Shown here piece after piece: positions 26,880 through 40,342 of a stretch of DNA of 64,000 nt. The notes beneath the pieces were generated by a model, which saw nothing but the letters and a program-made list of their open reading frames with translations, had not been told where the DNA came from and did no database searches. Both the position numbers and the translations under genes were made by a program. Origin of the DNA: Octopus vulgaris (taxonomy: Eukaryota); the NCBI GenBank assembly GCA_951406725.2, contig OX597819.1:3968001-4032000 (forward strand). The letters run 5' to 3'. Positions within the stretch are counted from its first letter, which is position 1. Every line of letters starts with the position of its first letter.

Positions 26880-27037
26880 ACGAGCTTCTTTGAGCTTCTG
26901 TCTACTAAATATCCTCACAAAGCGTGGGTCGGCCTGAAGCTATAGTAGAAGACACTTACCCAAAGTGTCACGCACTGGCATTGAACCGGAAACCATTAGG
27001 TTGGGAAGCAAGCTTCTTTCTACACAGCCAGACCTGC
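26575..27037 (-). mobile_element. diverged SINE family B copy
   Basis: GGAGCACCACCTTGAAG...CTATCGGTCTCTTTTGCCGAACCG...(CA)n(TA)n...GAAGACACTTACCCAAAG. Confidence 0.85.
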
Positions 27038-27675
27038 AAGTATCTTATTTGGATACATTATTACTTTATATAATATAGCGTTAAAAAGTTTATCAAAACT
27101 TAGGTAATTGACTAGCTTTTCTAAGCCTAAATTCTTTCAGAGACAGGCTTTAATTTTCGAAGTGTAAGATTGAATAAAATTAGCATAGTTTACACTCTAT
27201 GGTGATCCTCTTACAGAATTAACCAAGAGATAAAGCAAAAATAATTCCAAACAGCTTACTTATAATACAGTTTAAATTTCAAATACGACTAATGCTAGTC
27301 TGAAATATTTCGGTTAAGATAACACGAAGATCTTAATGCTGCTGTTCGTAGATTATATCCCCACTACTAGGTATACAAAGAAATAAATTTCCTGAGCTTT
27401 CAGCGACTCTTTCAGATGTCTTTAGACACACGTGAGTTATGGGTGAATGCAGCAATTCAATCCTTTAGTGGTAATGAAGAAACGGTGGCTACGTAAAATA
27501 ATTATAAACACATATTTTATGCATGTGAACATTTGTACAATGTTATCAAGTAGGTGAATAAATGTAATTTCAAATATAAGTATACGCACACCTGCATACA
27601 CGCACACATTTGAATATACATACATACTTATATGCAAACCCCATTTCTCTCTCTCTCTCTCTCTCTCTCTTACAC

Positions 27676-27706
<31 letters not shown>

Positions 27707-27707
27707 A

Positions 27708-28110
27708 TACTCTTTTACTCTTTTACTTGTTTCAGTCATTTGACTGCGGCCATGCTGGAGCACCGCCTTTAGTCGATCAAATCGACCCCAGGACTTTGTA
27801 AGCCCAGTACTTATTCTATCGGTCTCTTTTTGCCGAACCGCTAAGTGATGGGGACGTAAACACACCAGCATCGGTTGTCAAGCAATGCTAGGGAGACAAA
27901 CACAGACACACAAACACACACAGACACATAAATACATATACATATATACGACAGGCTTCTTTCAGTTTCCGTCTACCAAATCCACTCACAAGGCATTAGT
28001 CGGCCCGGGGCTATAGCAGAAGACGCTTGCTTAATATGCCACGCAGTGGGACTAAATCCAGAACCATGTGGTTGGTAGGCAAGCTACTTACCACACAGCC
28101 ACTCCTACGC
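27708..28110 (-). mobile_element. near-consensus SINE family B copy
   Basis: Full-length match to 20613-21041. Confidence 0.95.
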
Positions 28111-28119
28111 AGCTAGCTA

Positions 28120-28317
28120 CACACACAAATACACGCGCGCGCACACACATACACACACATTTATACCACGGGCTTCTTCCAGTTTCCATCTACCAAAGTC
28201 ACTCATAAGGCTTTCGGCAGCCCGAGGATACTTGCCGAAAATACAACGCAGCGGGACTGAACTCGGAACCATGAGGGTGGGAAGTAAGCTTCTTACCACA
28301 CAGTCACGCTTGCGCCT
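28120..28317 (-). mobile_element. 5' half of SINE family B
   Basis: CGGGCTTCTTCCAGTTTCCATCTACC...CTTACCACACAGTCACGCTTGCGCC. Confidence 0.85.
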
Positions 28318-28329
28318 ATATGTGTGCGC

Positions 28330-28365
<36 letters not shown>

Positions 28366-28719
28366 ATGTGTGTGTGCGCGCGCGCGCGCGATAAGAAATT
28401 AGGTGCAAAGTCAGCAGTTTTCAGGTGTTAATCGATACTGTGGATTCCAGGTATTCGATGTTATTTTATTTTATCGAACCCGGTAAAATGAAGTACCAGT
28501 CACGTACTGAGGTTGATAGTATTGATTAACTTAAGGTCCTTGCGCCCAACTTGGAAACCAGTTGTACTTTTATCTTCCTCCTCATCCTCCTCCACCTCCT
28601 TCTCCTCCCCCTCCTCCTCATCTTCATCATCATCATTATTATTATTATGGGAGAGGGGACTAGTCGATTACATCGATCCCAGTGCTCAAATGGTACTTAT
28701 TTTATCTGCTTTCATCCTT

Positions 28720-30078
28720 ATTTTATGGCCTTCATTGATCTAATAAAGGCCTTTGATTCGGTAAATAGAAAAGGCCTCTTCATCCTGCTCCAAAAAATCG
28801 GATGTCCACTAAAGCTGCTGAGGATCATCAAGTCTTTCCATGACGATATGCAAGGCAGCATACAGCACAATGGTTCAACATCAGCCGCCTTCCAAATAAA
28901 AAACGGGGTAAAGCAAGGTTGTGTCCTTGCTCCTACATTATTTGGCATTTTCTTCTCGCTCTTGCTCTCACATGCCTTTCAGACATCAGATGAAAGTAGA
29001 AGTGACGGGAAACTGTTCAATCTCTCGCGCCTGCATGCCAAGACCAAAATCAGAAACGTCCTGATCAAGGAGATGCTATTTGCTAATGATGCCGCTCTGG
29101 TATCACACACAGAAGAAGCCCTCCAAAGGCTCATTAACTGTTTTGAGCAAGCATGTAACGACTTTGGCTTAGCTATAAGGCTTAAGAAGACCAACATCAT
29201 GGGTCAGGCTACATCGGACATCCCAAACATACATATTGGAGACCACAGATTACAGGAGGTGGAGAAGTTTACCTATCTTGGCTCTACCGTCACCTACAAC
29301 CTATCCCTTGACGCTGAGCTCAATATACGCATTGGCAAGGCAGCTGCTGCGATGGCCCAACTCTCCAAACGGGCATGGGACAACAATAAGCTGACCAAGA
29401 CCACGAAAATGAAGATCTACCAGGCATGTGTACTTAGCACTCTACTTGGACGCTATACACACGCCAAGAACGTCGCCTAAACATCTTTCACCTGCGCTGC
29501 CTCCGGAAAATTCTCCGCATCAAATGGCAGAATCATATCCCCAACAAAGATGTCCTCAAGCAAGCAGGAATACCAAGCATGTTTGCACTCCTCACACAAA
29601 GACGTATGACATAGCTTGGGCATGTTAGCCGTATGAAAGATGGCAGAATCCCCAAGGACATACTCTACGGAGAGCTTGCTAGGGGTACTAGGTCTGTGGG
29701 TAGACCATTCTTACGATACAAGGATGTTTGCAAAAGGGACATGAAGGCCTGCAACATCAACATTAGCAGTTGGGAAGCAATTGCCAGCAACCGTGGAGAT
29801 TGGCGACGTACCGTAAAAGAGGGAATACAAAGGAGTGGCAGAGAGAGAGAGGAGAAATGGAAAGACAAGAAAAGACGTCAACAAGAAACTATGACACTAC
29901 AACCAGCCAGGAACAGTCTTCGCTACATTTGCGGTACCTGCGAGAGGAAGTGTTTATCCAGGATAGGACTACACAGCCACAGCAGGAAATGTATCAGGAT
30001 ATGAAATGTAAAAGCCGGACTGGACTATTTTATGCGCAACTTCATTGTCTCCCGAGACAAAAAGGATGCCAACAATAA
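28720..30078 (+). mobile_element. 5'-truncated RTE-clade LINE; RT and C-terminus pseudogenised
   Basis: AFIDLIKAFDSV, GVKQGCVLAPTLF, LFANDAAL (YADD-type motif mutated), FTYLGS, GRIPKDILYGEL, zinc-finger-like CGTCERKCLSRIGLHSHSRKC; frameshift near 29450, stop near 29612; tail CATTGTCTCCCGAGACAAAAAGGATGCCAACAATAATA. Confidence 0.95.
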
Positions 30079-30106
30079 TATATATTATATATATATATAT
30101 GTATAT

Positions 30107-30144
<38 letters not shown>

Positions 30145-30462
30145 TGCATGATATGCTCAATATAGACAGCTTGATTACGATAATAAATTGTAAACAGTCC
30201 GCTGGAGACAATCATGGTATTTAAACGATCAGTTCTTTAATCCGTAGCTGTCTCTCTCCCCCTTTCTCACTCCGCCTCTCTCTCTCTCTCTCCTCTCTCT
30301 CCCTCTCTCTTTCTCTCTTTTTATAAATATACATGCAGAGATACAGAGATACACAAACTCACTGATATCTATGCACATTCGAATACATCAAGGAATCATA
30401 CGCGCATAGACATACACTAGTATGTACTGATTTGTTCATATTTCCATATAAGAATAGTGAAG

Positions 30463-30556
<94 letters not shown>
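30463..30556. repeat. (TAA)n microsatellite, ~31 units
   Basis: Direct reading. Confidence 0.97.
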
Positions 30557-30558
<2 letters not shown>

Positions 30559-30621
30559 CCAATACACACAGATAGAGAAATTAAGGCCAACAGACCAGAT
30601 ATAGTTGTCAGAGACCAATAA
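30556..30621 (+). mobile_element. R4/Dong-like endonuclease fragment
   Basis: MPIHTDREIKANRPDIVVRD, containing the RPD motif of the PD-(D/E)xK nuclease of RLE LINEs. Confidence 0.7.
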
Positions 30622-30820
30622 CTAACCAATAGGACACGGAGGTCCCTCCCACCGTCAGAGGTAACCCGTAGCGCCCATATTTTACGCCAATCTGAATGGA
30701 CTTATCACTCGTGACTGTTACCTCCCGTGTTGTTTCTGCAGCTTTTTACAGCAGCACTGAAATGTCCTCTCCAGTTTTGCGCAGGCCTGGGCTAGATATA
30801 AGAAAGTCCTGGATAGCCCA

Positions 30821-30841
30821 ATATATTTTATATATATATAT

Positions 30842-30890
<49 letters not shown>

Positions 30891-30906
30891 CATATACATA
30901 TGTATA

Positions 30907-30948
<42 letters not shown>

Positions 30949-31028
30949 GCATACATATACATATGTAGTCACATATACATATATATATATATGCGCATAT
31001 GTATATGTGCACACACACACGCACACAC

Positions 31029-31081
<53 letters not shown>
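30821..31081. repeat. (TA)n/(CA)n microsatellite field
   Basis: Direct reading. Confidence 0.93.
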
Positions 31082-32014
31082 CTAGCGTAGTACCTGCATC
31101 AAAGAGCATGTGTGCGCGAGCGAGCTTAGAGCGATTTGTGTGGTGTAAATCCTCAAACGATACAGACGCTTCTCTTTAGCTCTTATTCACACGCAGAGTC
31201 CTTTATCATATTTGTTTATCTAGGAAATATATTTATAAACATCCATCATTTTAGAATGTTACATGTTATCATAGGTAGAGTTAATGCTTCCACTTGTCGC
31301 TAACTCAAGTATTCAGAAATCCATAGACATACAAATAAATTTGTTGACTTATCAAATAAGGGAGGAAAAAAGAAGCAGAATCAAAACAAATACGCAGCTG
31401 CCGCTGCCAATGTGTATATGATTTCTTGAATAATCTAACAGATATTTTCTTCGGTTAAATATATTCCACACATGCTCGCTTGGCTAACCGTTTATATTTT
31501 TTAACATGCTTTTTTTCCTTCTTCTATATTTGTATATGGAATGTCTGGTGTTCAAAAAGGAGTTCAGGGGTGTATTGCAACGTATCTGCAACCTTTACCC
31601 ATGTTATAAACACGACAACTTCAGGGAGGAAACAATTTTTTTCTAATTATAGAACATGTATTCGCGACACTTTAAATATCTCTTTGTAGTCGTAAAAGTC
31701 TGTTACTGTCACAACTACAAATGTTGTTATTAGTAGGATAGTGATGTAACTAATGGTGCTGAAGTCAAGAATGTAAAAAAGAAAAACGGAAAAGAAAGAA
31801 GGGAAGCTGAATTAGTGTGCGACAGGGTTTTTTATACTTAAACTGCATAACCAACAACAGGTCTGGGAAGTAACACGATACAATATGTAAATAATCTTAA
31901 ACTTAATTAATAAAACATTAATATACACCATTACTACAAACTATAACGACAACTACAACTATTGCTTCTGCTTCTGCTACTGCTACTTCACCATTAATTC
32001 TATTATTTATATTG

Positions 32015-32665
32015 TATGGTAGTAAGCATGCCAAGCAAAATGCTTTTCGTCCGTCCTTGTGCTCTGAGTTCAAAATCGAGGTCGATTTTGTCTTCCATCC
32101 TATTGTGGCAGATTAAATTAGTACCAGGTGAGTACTGAGGTCGGCGTAACTGGTCTATCCCCCCTTCCCCTAAATTGCTGGTCTTGTGCCAGAACATGAA
32201 ATCAATATTGTAAGGCAGTAGGGCAGTGAACTGGCAGAATCGTTCGCCCACTGGGATAAATGCTTAACGACATTTCGTCCGTCTGCACGTTCTGAGTTTA
32301 AATTCTACTGAGGTTGATTTTGGCCTTTCATCCTTTCGGGCCAGTAAAATAAGTACCAGTTGAGTTCTGGCGTCCATGTCATGGACTTAATCCCTTCTCT
32401 GAAATTTCTGACCTTGTACCAAAATTTTATTGCAGTAAGGTGGCGAGGTTGCAGAATCGTTCTCAATGGGGGTCAATGTAATCGACCTAGACCTCCATCC
32501 AACCCTGAAATTAATGAGTTCAAATTCCGCCAAGGTCGACTTTACCTTTAATTCTTTCGAGGTCGATAAAATAAATACCAGTTGAACATAGGGACCGATG
32601 TGATCGACTTACTCCACCCAACCTCGCCCCAAAATTGCATGGCCTTGTACCAAAATTTGCAGTCA
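32015..32665 (+). mobile_element. tandem cluster of three or more diverged SINE family A copies
   Basis: Repeated TCTGAGTT.AAA...GTCGA/GTTGA.TTT..C.TT.CATCC...AGTACCAG...CTTGT.CCAAAATT. Confidence 0.8.
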
Positions 32666-32919
32666 ATATAAAGACATGCTCTAATTATTCATTTTTAACA
32701 GTTATAATCGATCTGGAAAAGCTATAAATATTTACTCGCTTTTATTCATAGCTTTTGTATTTCGAGTTCAAAGGATAAAAAACGAATTATTTTACGCTCT
32801 CTCGAATTTTCTAAATTTCTTGACGTCAACAACATCCAATATTTTAATCTATCTTTCAGCTCATTTGATGGAGCACAGTACTTTACTGAAACTGGAAAAA
32901 TATAAAACCATGACCAGAG

Positions 32920-33214
32920 ATGTGCGAGATTTGAACTCAGAACCTAAAGTCGGACGAAATGCCGCAAAGCATTGTACCTGGCGTGCTAACGATTCTGACA
33001 GTTCGCCGCCTGTTAGTCTCTGTCGCCAAACAACAGATGATCGTGTGTTTAAGTTCCTTAGCAGCTCGGACAAAGAGACGGATAGAATGAATACTAGGCT
33101 AACAAAGAATAAATCCTAGGATCGATTTCTTCGACTACAACCCTTTAAAGCGGTGCTCCAGCATGACCACAGTCAAATGATTGAAACAAATAAAAGAATA
33201 AAATAAAAATAAAA

Positions 33215-33217
<3 letters not shown>
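32920..33217. mobile_element. SINE A head (minus, ~32920-33010) joined to SINE B 3' half (plus, ~33015-33217)
   Basis: TTTGAACTCAGAAC...GTGCTAACGATTCTG, then GCGGTGCTCCAGCATGACCACAGTCAAATGA. Confidence 0.8.
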
Positions 33218-33253
<36 letters not shown>

Positions 33254-33789
33254 AGTTTGTATGATTGTCTATAGAAGAATATATTAATCAATGAAATTCC
33301 AACTTTCGTTGATTAAGATATATATATATGTGTGTAGTTTGCTAATTGAAAAAATTGAAATAATGTTTTCTATTTATAGGTATCATAATTGACATGACAG
33401 ACAGAGAAGATGATCCTGAAGTCGAGAATTTGAAATTACAGAGACAATATTTACATATTGCCTGGGGAAGCACAACTGGATCTCAGAATGCAGGGAAACG
33501 GTTGCATAATCAAGTACCTGCACGTCTGGAGAACTACGTTGCGCAGAAACAATTGTAGTGACTGGAAATAAATGTCCAACCTGTTGACTTCACAATTTTT
33601 TCAGTTATCGGTTCACACACGACAGAAGCCCAAACACAAACCTGGAAGTACGTATAATACTACGGTCCACCGTGAAATAATACTACGGTTCACCACGGTG
33701 AAATCTGAACTCTAATCTATTAGGTTCTTAATATAATACACCATAACTACACACCCATACCCCCCAACACGCGCACACATCTATGGTAT

Positions 33790-33995
33790 GGTGTCTGTGT
33801 TTGGCCCTCACCGCCGCTTGACACCCGGTGCTAGTATGTTTCCTTACCCGTGAACTAGCGGTTTGGCAAAAGCGGTTGATAGAATATATAGCTTTAAAAA
33901 ATGTACTCGGGTGGATTCATTCGGCTAAAAATTCCTCAGGGCGGCACCCCAGCATGCCGCAGTCTAATGACTGCAACAAGTAAAGGATAAAAGAA
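33790..33995 (+). mobile_element. SINE family B 3' half
   Basis: CCGCTTGACACCCGGTG...GCAGTCTAATGACTGCAACAAGTAAAGG. Confidence 0.8.
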
Positions 33996-35004
33996 AAAAA
34001 AAGATGTATATGCATAATATATACATATGCATGTATATATGCGCGTGCACTTGTGCGTGCGTACACGAGCGAACGTCTCCCCTCCTTCTTCCTTCACTCC
34101 CTCTTCTATTTACCAATATCTCTAACTACAGACCTCACCTGATTCTTCAGTGTTTATTAGTAAAGATAATTATCTGTATCTCAAGAATTAAATATAATAT
34201 CTAAATGGCAGACTTGTGGAGTAAAATGGAATAAACCATGGAAATAATTATACACACAGGAGCAATTGGTGACTAATATGCAACAAGGAACTAGTTGATA
34301 TTAGAATAAGTAGATAGTGCCTAACATCCGCATAGGCTAATGTTTCTAATTTTACAAGTTTCAATGCCATCCACGTGACCGACATAAATTATTGCTTTCA
34401 GTCAGCCACGTGACTTGACGGGATAATTGCTTTTGGTCATTAATTTTAGAGTTGAAAACCAACAGACCGGTCTATTAGTATTCAGTTTTATATATCATCA
34501 CGTGTTAAAATCGGTTTGACTTGACTTGGTCTTTTGTCTCTTCAGTTGTCTGTAAAATAAGAATCAGCAATTGTACGCTGAGCGAACCATCAAGCAAGCT
34601 TCTATGTGGCCGCTCGACGTGCAACAAATAACAGCTAAATCTTCCCTTAATGTACACAACAAAAGACTTGAAGAGACCCTTATGCATAATGTTCTTAGAT
34701 GTTCAATACGTGATAGAAGACGGGTCGTCGTGAATGGGAAGCTATTGATCATAGGCATACCCATTCAGCTTTCAGTTCAGGGTTAAACATGAAAAATTGC
34801 ATATTGTCTATGATACAATTAACTATGTCGCTGCTTAGTCAAAAAATATTACATTTTGCGTCAGACGCCAGTTGTAAGCTACGACCAAGTCACGTGATTG
34901 ATCCGGTTGTATTTCAGCATGTAATCACCCCTCCGCCGTTACCTTGAAAACAATATGGTGGACACTCCTGCAAATGTTAACACAGGACCAGCAAGTCCAG
35001 AGGA

Positions 35005-35143
35005 GGCTGTAAGTCGATTACATCGACCCTAGTGCTCAACTGATATTTATTTTATCAACCCCAAAAGGATGAAAGGCAAAGTCGACACGGACAAAATGCC
35101 GCTAAACATTTTGCGCGGTAACGATTCTTCTTGCTCGCCACCT
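35005..35143 (-). mobile_element. SINE family A copy
   Basis: AGTCGATTACATCGACCC...GGATGAAAGGCAAAGTCGAC...GCTCGCCACC. Confidence 0.8.
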
Positions 35144-35409
35144 CAGAAGGCACAGATATTATCGTAATGAAAGAAGTTGTGTTTCAGGTTTTAAATTAAA
35201 ACTGCTATATTTGTAACATTTGGTTTAAGGTGAACTCAATATTTATAGCTTTTGCATGTTAAAATAATCAAAGAAAGCTGATGTGGTTGAAGTTTATTGT
35301 GAACTACTGTAGGCTACATAGCTTGTGGTATAAATTGAATGTAGAGCTGGAAATCCAGATTATAGAGATTTGAATAAAATATTTTGGGACGAATTGCTTC
35401 GTGATTTTT

Positions 35410-35700
35410 TTTTAGGGAATGCAATCATGGAGGATGGTATGGTTGAGTTACTAGTGTCTCATAGAGAAAGTTTATCAAAAGAGGGTTGATGCTGTTAGAA
35501 GAAGAGCAAGCTGAGAATACTCCACTTAAATCATGTGCGAAGAATATTGCCAAAAAGATGGAACGTTTGTAAATTTGTGCTGATAATGACCCCAATTTTG
35601 AACGTAACCCAAACATTACTGTAGGGGTTTACAATGGCAATTCCAACACTGAACAGTACAAAGAAATGATGTATAATAAACATCGAGCAAATTGGATAAC
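35410..35700 (+). mobile_element. Tigger/pogo-like transposase C-terminal remnant
   Basis: EDGMVELLVSHRESLSKE/LMLLEEEQ and ADNDPNFER...QYKEM resemble the VEELL.SH..ELS.E.L and DPNFERS...YKE motifs. Confidence 0.6.
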
Positions 35701-36597
35701 TTGCTCACCTCCCAAGCAGATGCTGTTGAGGGTGAACTATAAGATAAACGATAGTGTCTCTCATCCTCCCAATCGCTCCGATTTTACTGCCACCACCAAA
35801 CCTCACATTATAGCCAACATCTTTTTTGTTGTAAGAACGTACTCTATTACGATAACACGATTCTTATTTGATAAGATATTTCCCTTCTAATGTTTTATGC
35901 ATGCATAAAGTACTGTGGATGTTTCTAACTTATTTTCATGCATAAATGTAATTATGTTGTCTTTTGCTATTCCCGATAACAATCCTGTAAAAGTTTAATA
36001 TTCTGCAAAAGTTTCTTGAACTAGATACTCTTCTACTCAAAATCTTGATGGCACCCTTCTCGATCACAATTATATTTTTCGCTTTCATACGAGTCTACCT
36101 TCAACCCAGGTTTTGCCTGGATGATTTGGGTAAATTGCAGTCTTTCTTCCAAGTCTATCTTCGTAACACGCGTATGAGCTTCTTGCTGTAAACTGCTTCT
36201 TATCTTTTGAAGTAGTCAATGATTCCTCTGCTCCCCTTACGAACTTCACTGATGCTGTTGTTTCACTGAAGTCGCGTTTCTTGTGTTTCTCATGTTCCAG
36301 AGAGTGAGCGTATCCCTCTTCGATTATGTCGGGGGTTGCTCTCCCCATAGAGTACACACCTGATCCTCACTTGTGTTGCAGTTCCAGCTGCGCAGATATG
36401 TTTTGAGGGAGGAAGCTGGAAGTCAAGAGGAGAAGATATAGCTACCACAGCCGACCCTCAAATGTTTCGGCAAAAGAACCGCGGGCCCAGAGTTGAGTGA
36501 GAGTGCGGCGTCGTATAGCTACTTCAGAGTTATTTTAATGAAACGCATCTTTATATGTATGTATTATATATTATATATCATACATGTGAGTGCATGT

Positions 36598-36900
<303 letters not shown>

Positions 36901-36903
36901 ATA

Positions 36904-38114
36904 GAAAGGTTGGACAAAATAATGGAAACACCTTAAAATTTCAAACAAATTTATTTTAATATGTGGTAGGACCGCCTTTGGCAGTAATTACAGCTTGAGT
37001 TTTATGAGGTACACAGTTTGAATAGTTTCCAAAGGAATTTTTGGCCATTCTTCAGCTAAAACAGTCTCCAATTCTTGTAGTGAGGATGGTGGAGGCTATC
37101 GACTCCTTGTTTTTCTAAAATGTACCATAAATGTTCAATAATATTGAGATATGGGACTGTGATGGCCAGATAAGATGTTCAACTTCACTAGACTGTTCCT
37201 CGTGCCATTCAGTAATAACTTTAGCTGTGTGAATTGGTGCCATATCATCCTGAAAGATTGCGTTTCGCTCCAGAAACAGTTCCGCAACCATTGGATGAAT
37301 TTGATCAGATAAAATGCTTAAATAGTCTTCACTATTAATTCTGCCATGAAAAGAAACAATTGAGCCGGCAGATTTCCAAGATATAGCCGATCATCACAGA
37401 TCCTCCTGAATGTTTAACAGTTGGAAGAAGGTAGTCTGGGTCAAATGCTTCATTTGCATGTCTCCACACGTATACTCGGCCAGTGGTCGGAGATAAGGTA
37501 AAGGTTGATTCATCCGAGAAAATAACATTCTCCCACTGCACTAGAGACCAATTCTGTAGGTTTTTACTCCACTCGAAACGCTTTGCAGTATTTGTTTTTG
37601 AAAGTAGTGGTTTTCTGATTGCAGCCCTCCCGTGAAATCCGGCTTTGTGCAGCTCCTGGCGAATAGTTTTAATTGTGGAAACTGGGTTCTCGAGCTGGTC
37701 ATTAAGCTCTGCAGAAATTTTGGGAGCTGTACTTTAGTGATGTTTTCTAACAATTCACGTAAGAGTCCGACGGTCCCTATCTGAAAGTTTTTGTTTTCTT
37801 CCGGAGTTTTGTTCCGACGAGGTGGTTTTTCGCTCTTTCTCAAATGCTGTCATTACTTTTGAGACAGGACTTCTTGATACATTAAACATTTCGTTTGTTT
37901 TCGTTACGCTTGCCATACGAGCACCAACAATTTGACCTATTTTGAAAGTCCGACAAATCAGTCATTTTAATGTAATTTTAGCAAAACATATTAAGCAACT
38001 CTAATAACAAATAAAAAAAAACATAAAAATAAAAAAGCATCCGACGGTTTTGTAGATATTTCAACATCATGACGCTATGATGCTGGGTGTTTCCATTATT
38101 TTGTCCAACCCTTG
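36904..38114 (-). mobile_element. full-length decayed Tc1 transposon, ~1.2 kb
   Basis: TIRs (C/G)AA(G/A)GGTTGGACAAAATAATGGAAACACC with TA flanks; frameshifted transposase ~37965-36957: MTDLSDFQ..GQIVGARM, VIFSDESTF, FQDDMAPIH, KGGPTTY*. Confidence 0.95.
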
Positions 38115-38122
38115 TATATATG

Positions 38123-38157
<35 letters not shown>

Positions 38158-38165
38158 TTGTGCGC

Positions 38166-38199
<34 letters not shown>

Positions 38200-38202
38200 A
38201 TG

Positions 38203-38239
<37 letters not shown>

Positions 38240-38302
38240 GTATGTATACATATATATTACATATATATACATATATATATATACATAAATATACATATAC
38301 AT

Positions 38303-38352
<50 letters not shown>
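38115..38352. repeat. compound TA/TG/TATG/CA microsatellite
   Basis: Direct reading. Confidence 0.93.
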
Positions 38353-38354
<2 letters not shown>

Positions 38355-38999
38355 GCTCACGTATGAGTGTGTGTTTATGTGGGTGCGTGTTTGTATGTAT
38401 GTGAATCAATCAGTTAACTTGGATAGAGTACAACTATTTACATATTAGCACGCAGAAATTCCTTTTATTTACACTCATTTATGTTTCAAGCGTATTTCAC
38501 GTTTTGTACACGAATAGGGGGTGGGTCGGGGAGAATACTATGGCAACTATGAATAAATCAGCCAACAGTGTTGTATATCTATAAGGTCATCGCCAAGTCA
38601 GTTTTGTTTTGGCCCTCAACACTCTAAGTCATTGCAATGATTTTTATCTGAACTATCGTGAATATCACTTGTAAGACGAGGAGATTTGATGGAGATAATA
38701 GCTAAATCACTGAAAAGAAAATGCAAAAACAAATAAAATAAGAAGGATGAGAATTGGCACTTATGGGATGAGTGCAAAATATTTTCTTTTCTTTTGAATA
38801 AAACGCGATGGTGGGCTATCTGACTGCGTGTTTCCAATTGTATATCTATGGACAAATCTATCGATATATCCAGATAGCTAGCTGTATATGTATTTTATCT
38901 ACGCACATGAACACACGCTGATACGTACGTACATAAATATAAGTGTATGTATGTATTTGTGTATGTATTTATGTACACACAAACATAAGCTCATATATG

Positions 39000-39058
<59 letters not shown>

Positions 39059-39799
39059 GTATGTATGTATGTATATAAACACACATACGTACACTGATGT
39101 AACAATGCCATGTATACTCATTTAAAACTTCCTGTAAGCTTTACTCTCTCGTTTCTCTACTTACCCTGTAATTCGTTTACTCTCTTTTCCTACCCCCCCT
39201 CTCTATATTACTCTCTCTCTCTCTCTTTTTTTAGCGGAAATACATACATACACATGCATCAATATATTTATGTAAATGCATTAGCATCTACGCATTGTGT
39301 GTATGCGCGTGTGCATGTGTTTGTACTTATGCAGATTTGTCCTTGTTTTAGTGAGTCAGAGGTCGTGTTTTTCTTTATCAAGTCGGTTGATCAATTCGTG
39401 TTACTGTTCAAGTGAATATTGCTGTTGGCGAAACGAATGGCCATAGCATATCTACATGTCTGTAACTTTCGGGGAGTTCTTAGAATGTTAGTGTTCGTAG
39501 AAGTGTGTGTCATTACAGATCATCGCCAATAGCAGTAGTCTGGTTAATACAAACTCTTATTTGTAGTTTTTGTTTGATAACTGCGATTTTCCAGCTACAA
39601 ACAAAACATGTTACACGAAAGGAATGTATTAAATGCTTGTGTATGATCTATTCCCTCGACACCCAAAACATGTAATGGTTATAAAGTGAATGACTGAATG
39701 CGATCTAGTGGGGTGTATCCGTTTTCTTTAGCATTTTCGAGCATAAGCACGACTACAGAAATTTGACAAGAGAGAAATATTCTATTTACAATTAATCCT

Positions 39800-39950
39800 T
39801 ATATTTCACTGGTATTTTCTTTTTATCGATCCCGAAAAGATGAAAGGCAAAGTTGACCAAAGCGGGAATTGAACACGAAACGCAAAGATTCAGAATAAAT
39901 AACACAAGAAACTTCATTCTCATGTTCTAACGATTTTGCCACGAAACCGC
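39800..39950 (-). mobile_element. diverged SINE family A copy
   Basis: TTTATCGATCCCGAAAAGATGAAAGGCAAAGTTGACC...CTAACGATTTTGCCA. Confidence 0.7.
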
Positions 39951-40342
39951 TCTTAGTAATGGCTTCTAATTAAGTAGAGGGTCAGCAATCTTAAGAGAAT
40001 GATTTAGAAACACATTCCTTCTAATACTTTAAGACATTCCAGACAATAAAAAAAACCATCTAAGTGTGCTAATATATGAATAATAGATGACCAAATTTTC
40101 ACTTCATATTAATAGGAAAACAGTAGAAAGAAATCTTTAATCGGTATCAATGAATAGATAAAACCATATAAATTTTGAATAATACATCGGTTAAATTCCA
40201 ATATCTTCATTAAAGAATTGCACAAATTAACAATAAAAACAATGTGAGTTTTTCTTTTTATTCTAAAGCATAAATATATAGAATGCGTGTGTTTTGCTAG
40301 ATACATACATAGATATTGAACTTAAGACGTTATGTTTAAAAT

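Noticed and set aside
28551-29480. 309-aa ORF with a signal-peptide-like N-terminus fused to RT
   Set aside because: The N-terminus is read-through of a CCT/CAT/ATT repeat and a SINE fragment; the RT is truncated and its catalytic motif is mutated.
33272-33320. Small AT-rich hairpin TTAATCAATGAAA...TTTCGTTGATTAA between TA tracts
   Set aside because: Too short to assign; no ribozyme core or recognisable family.
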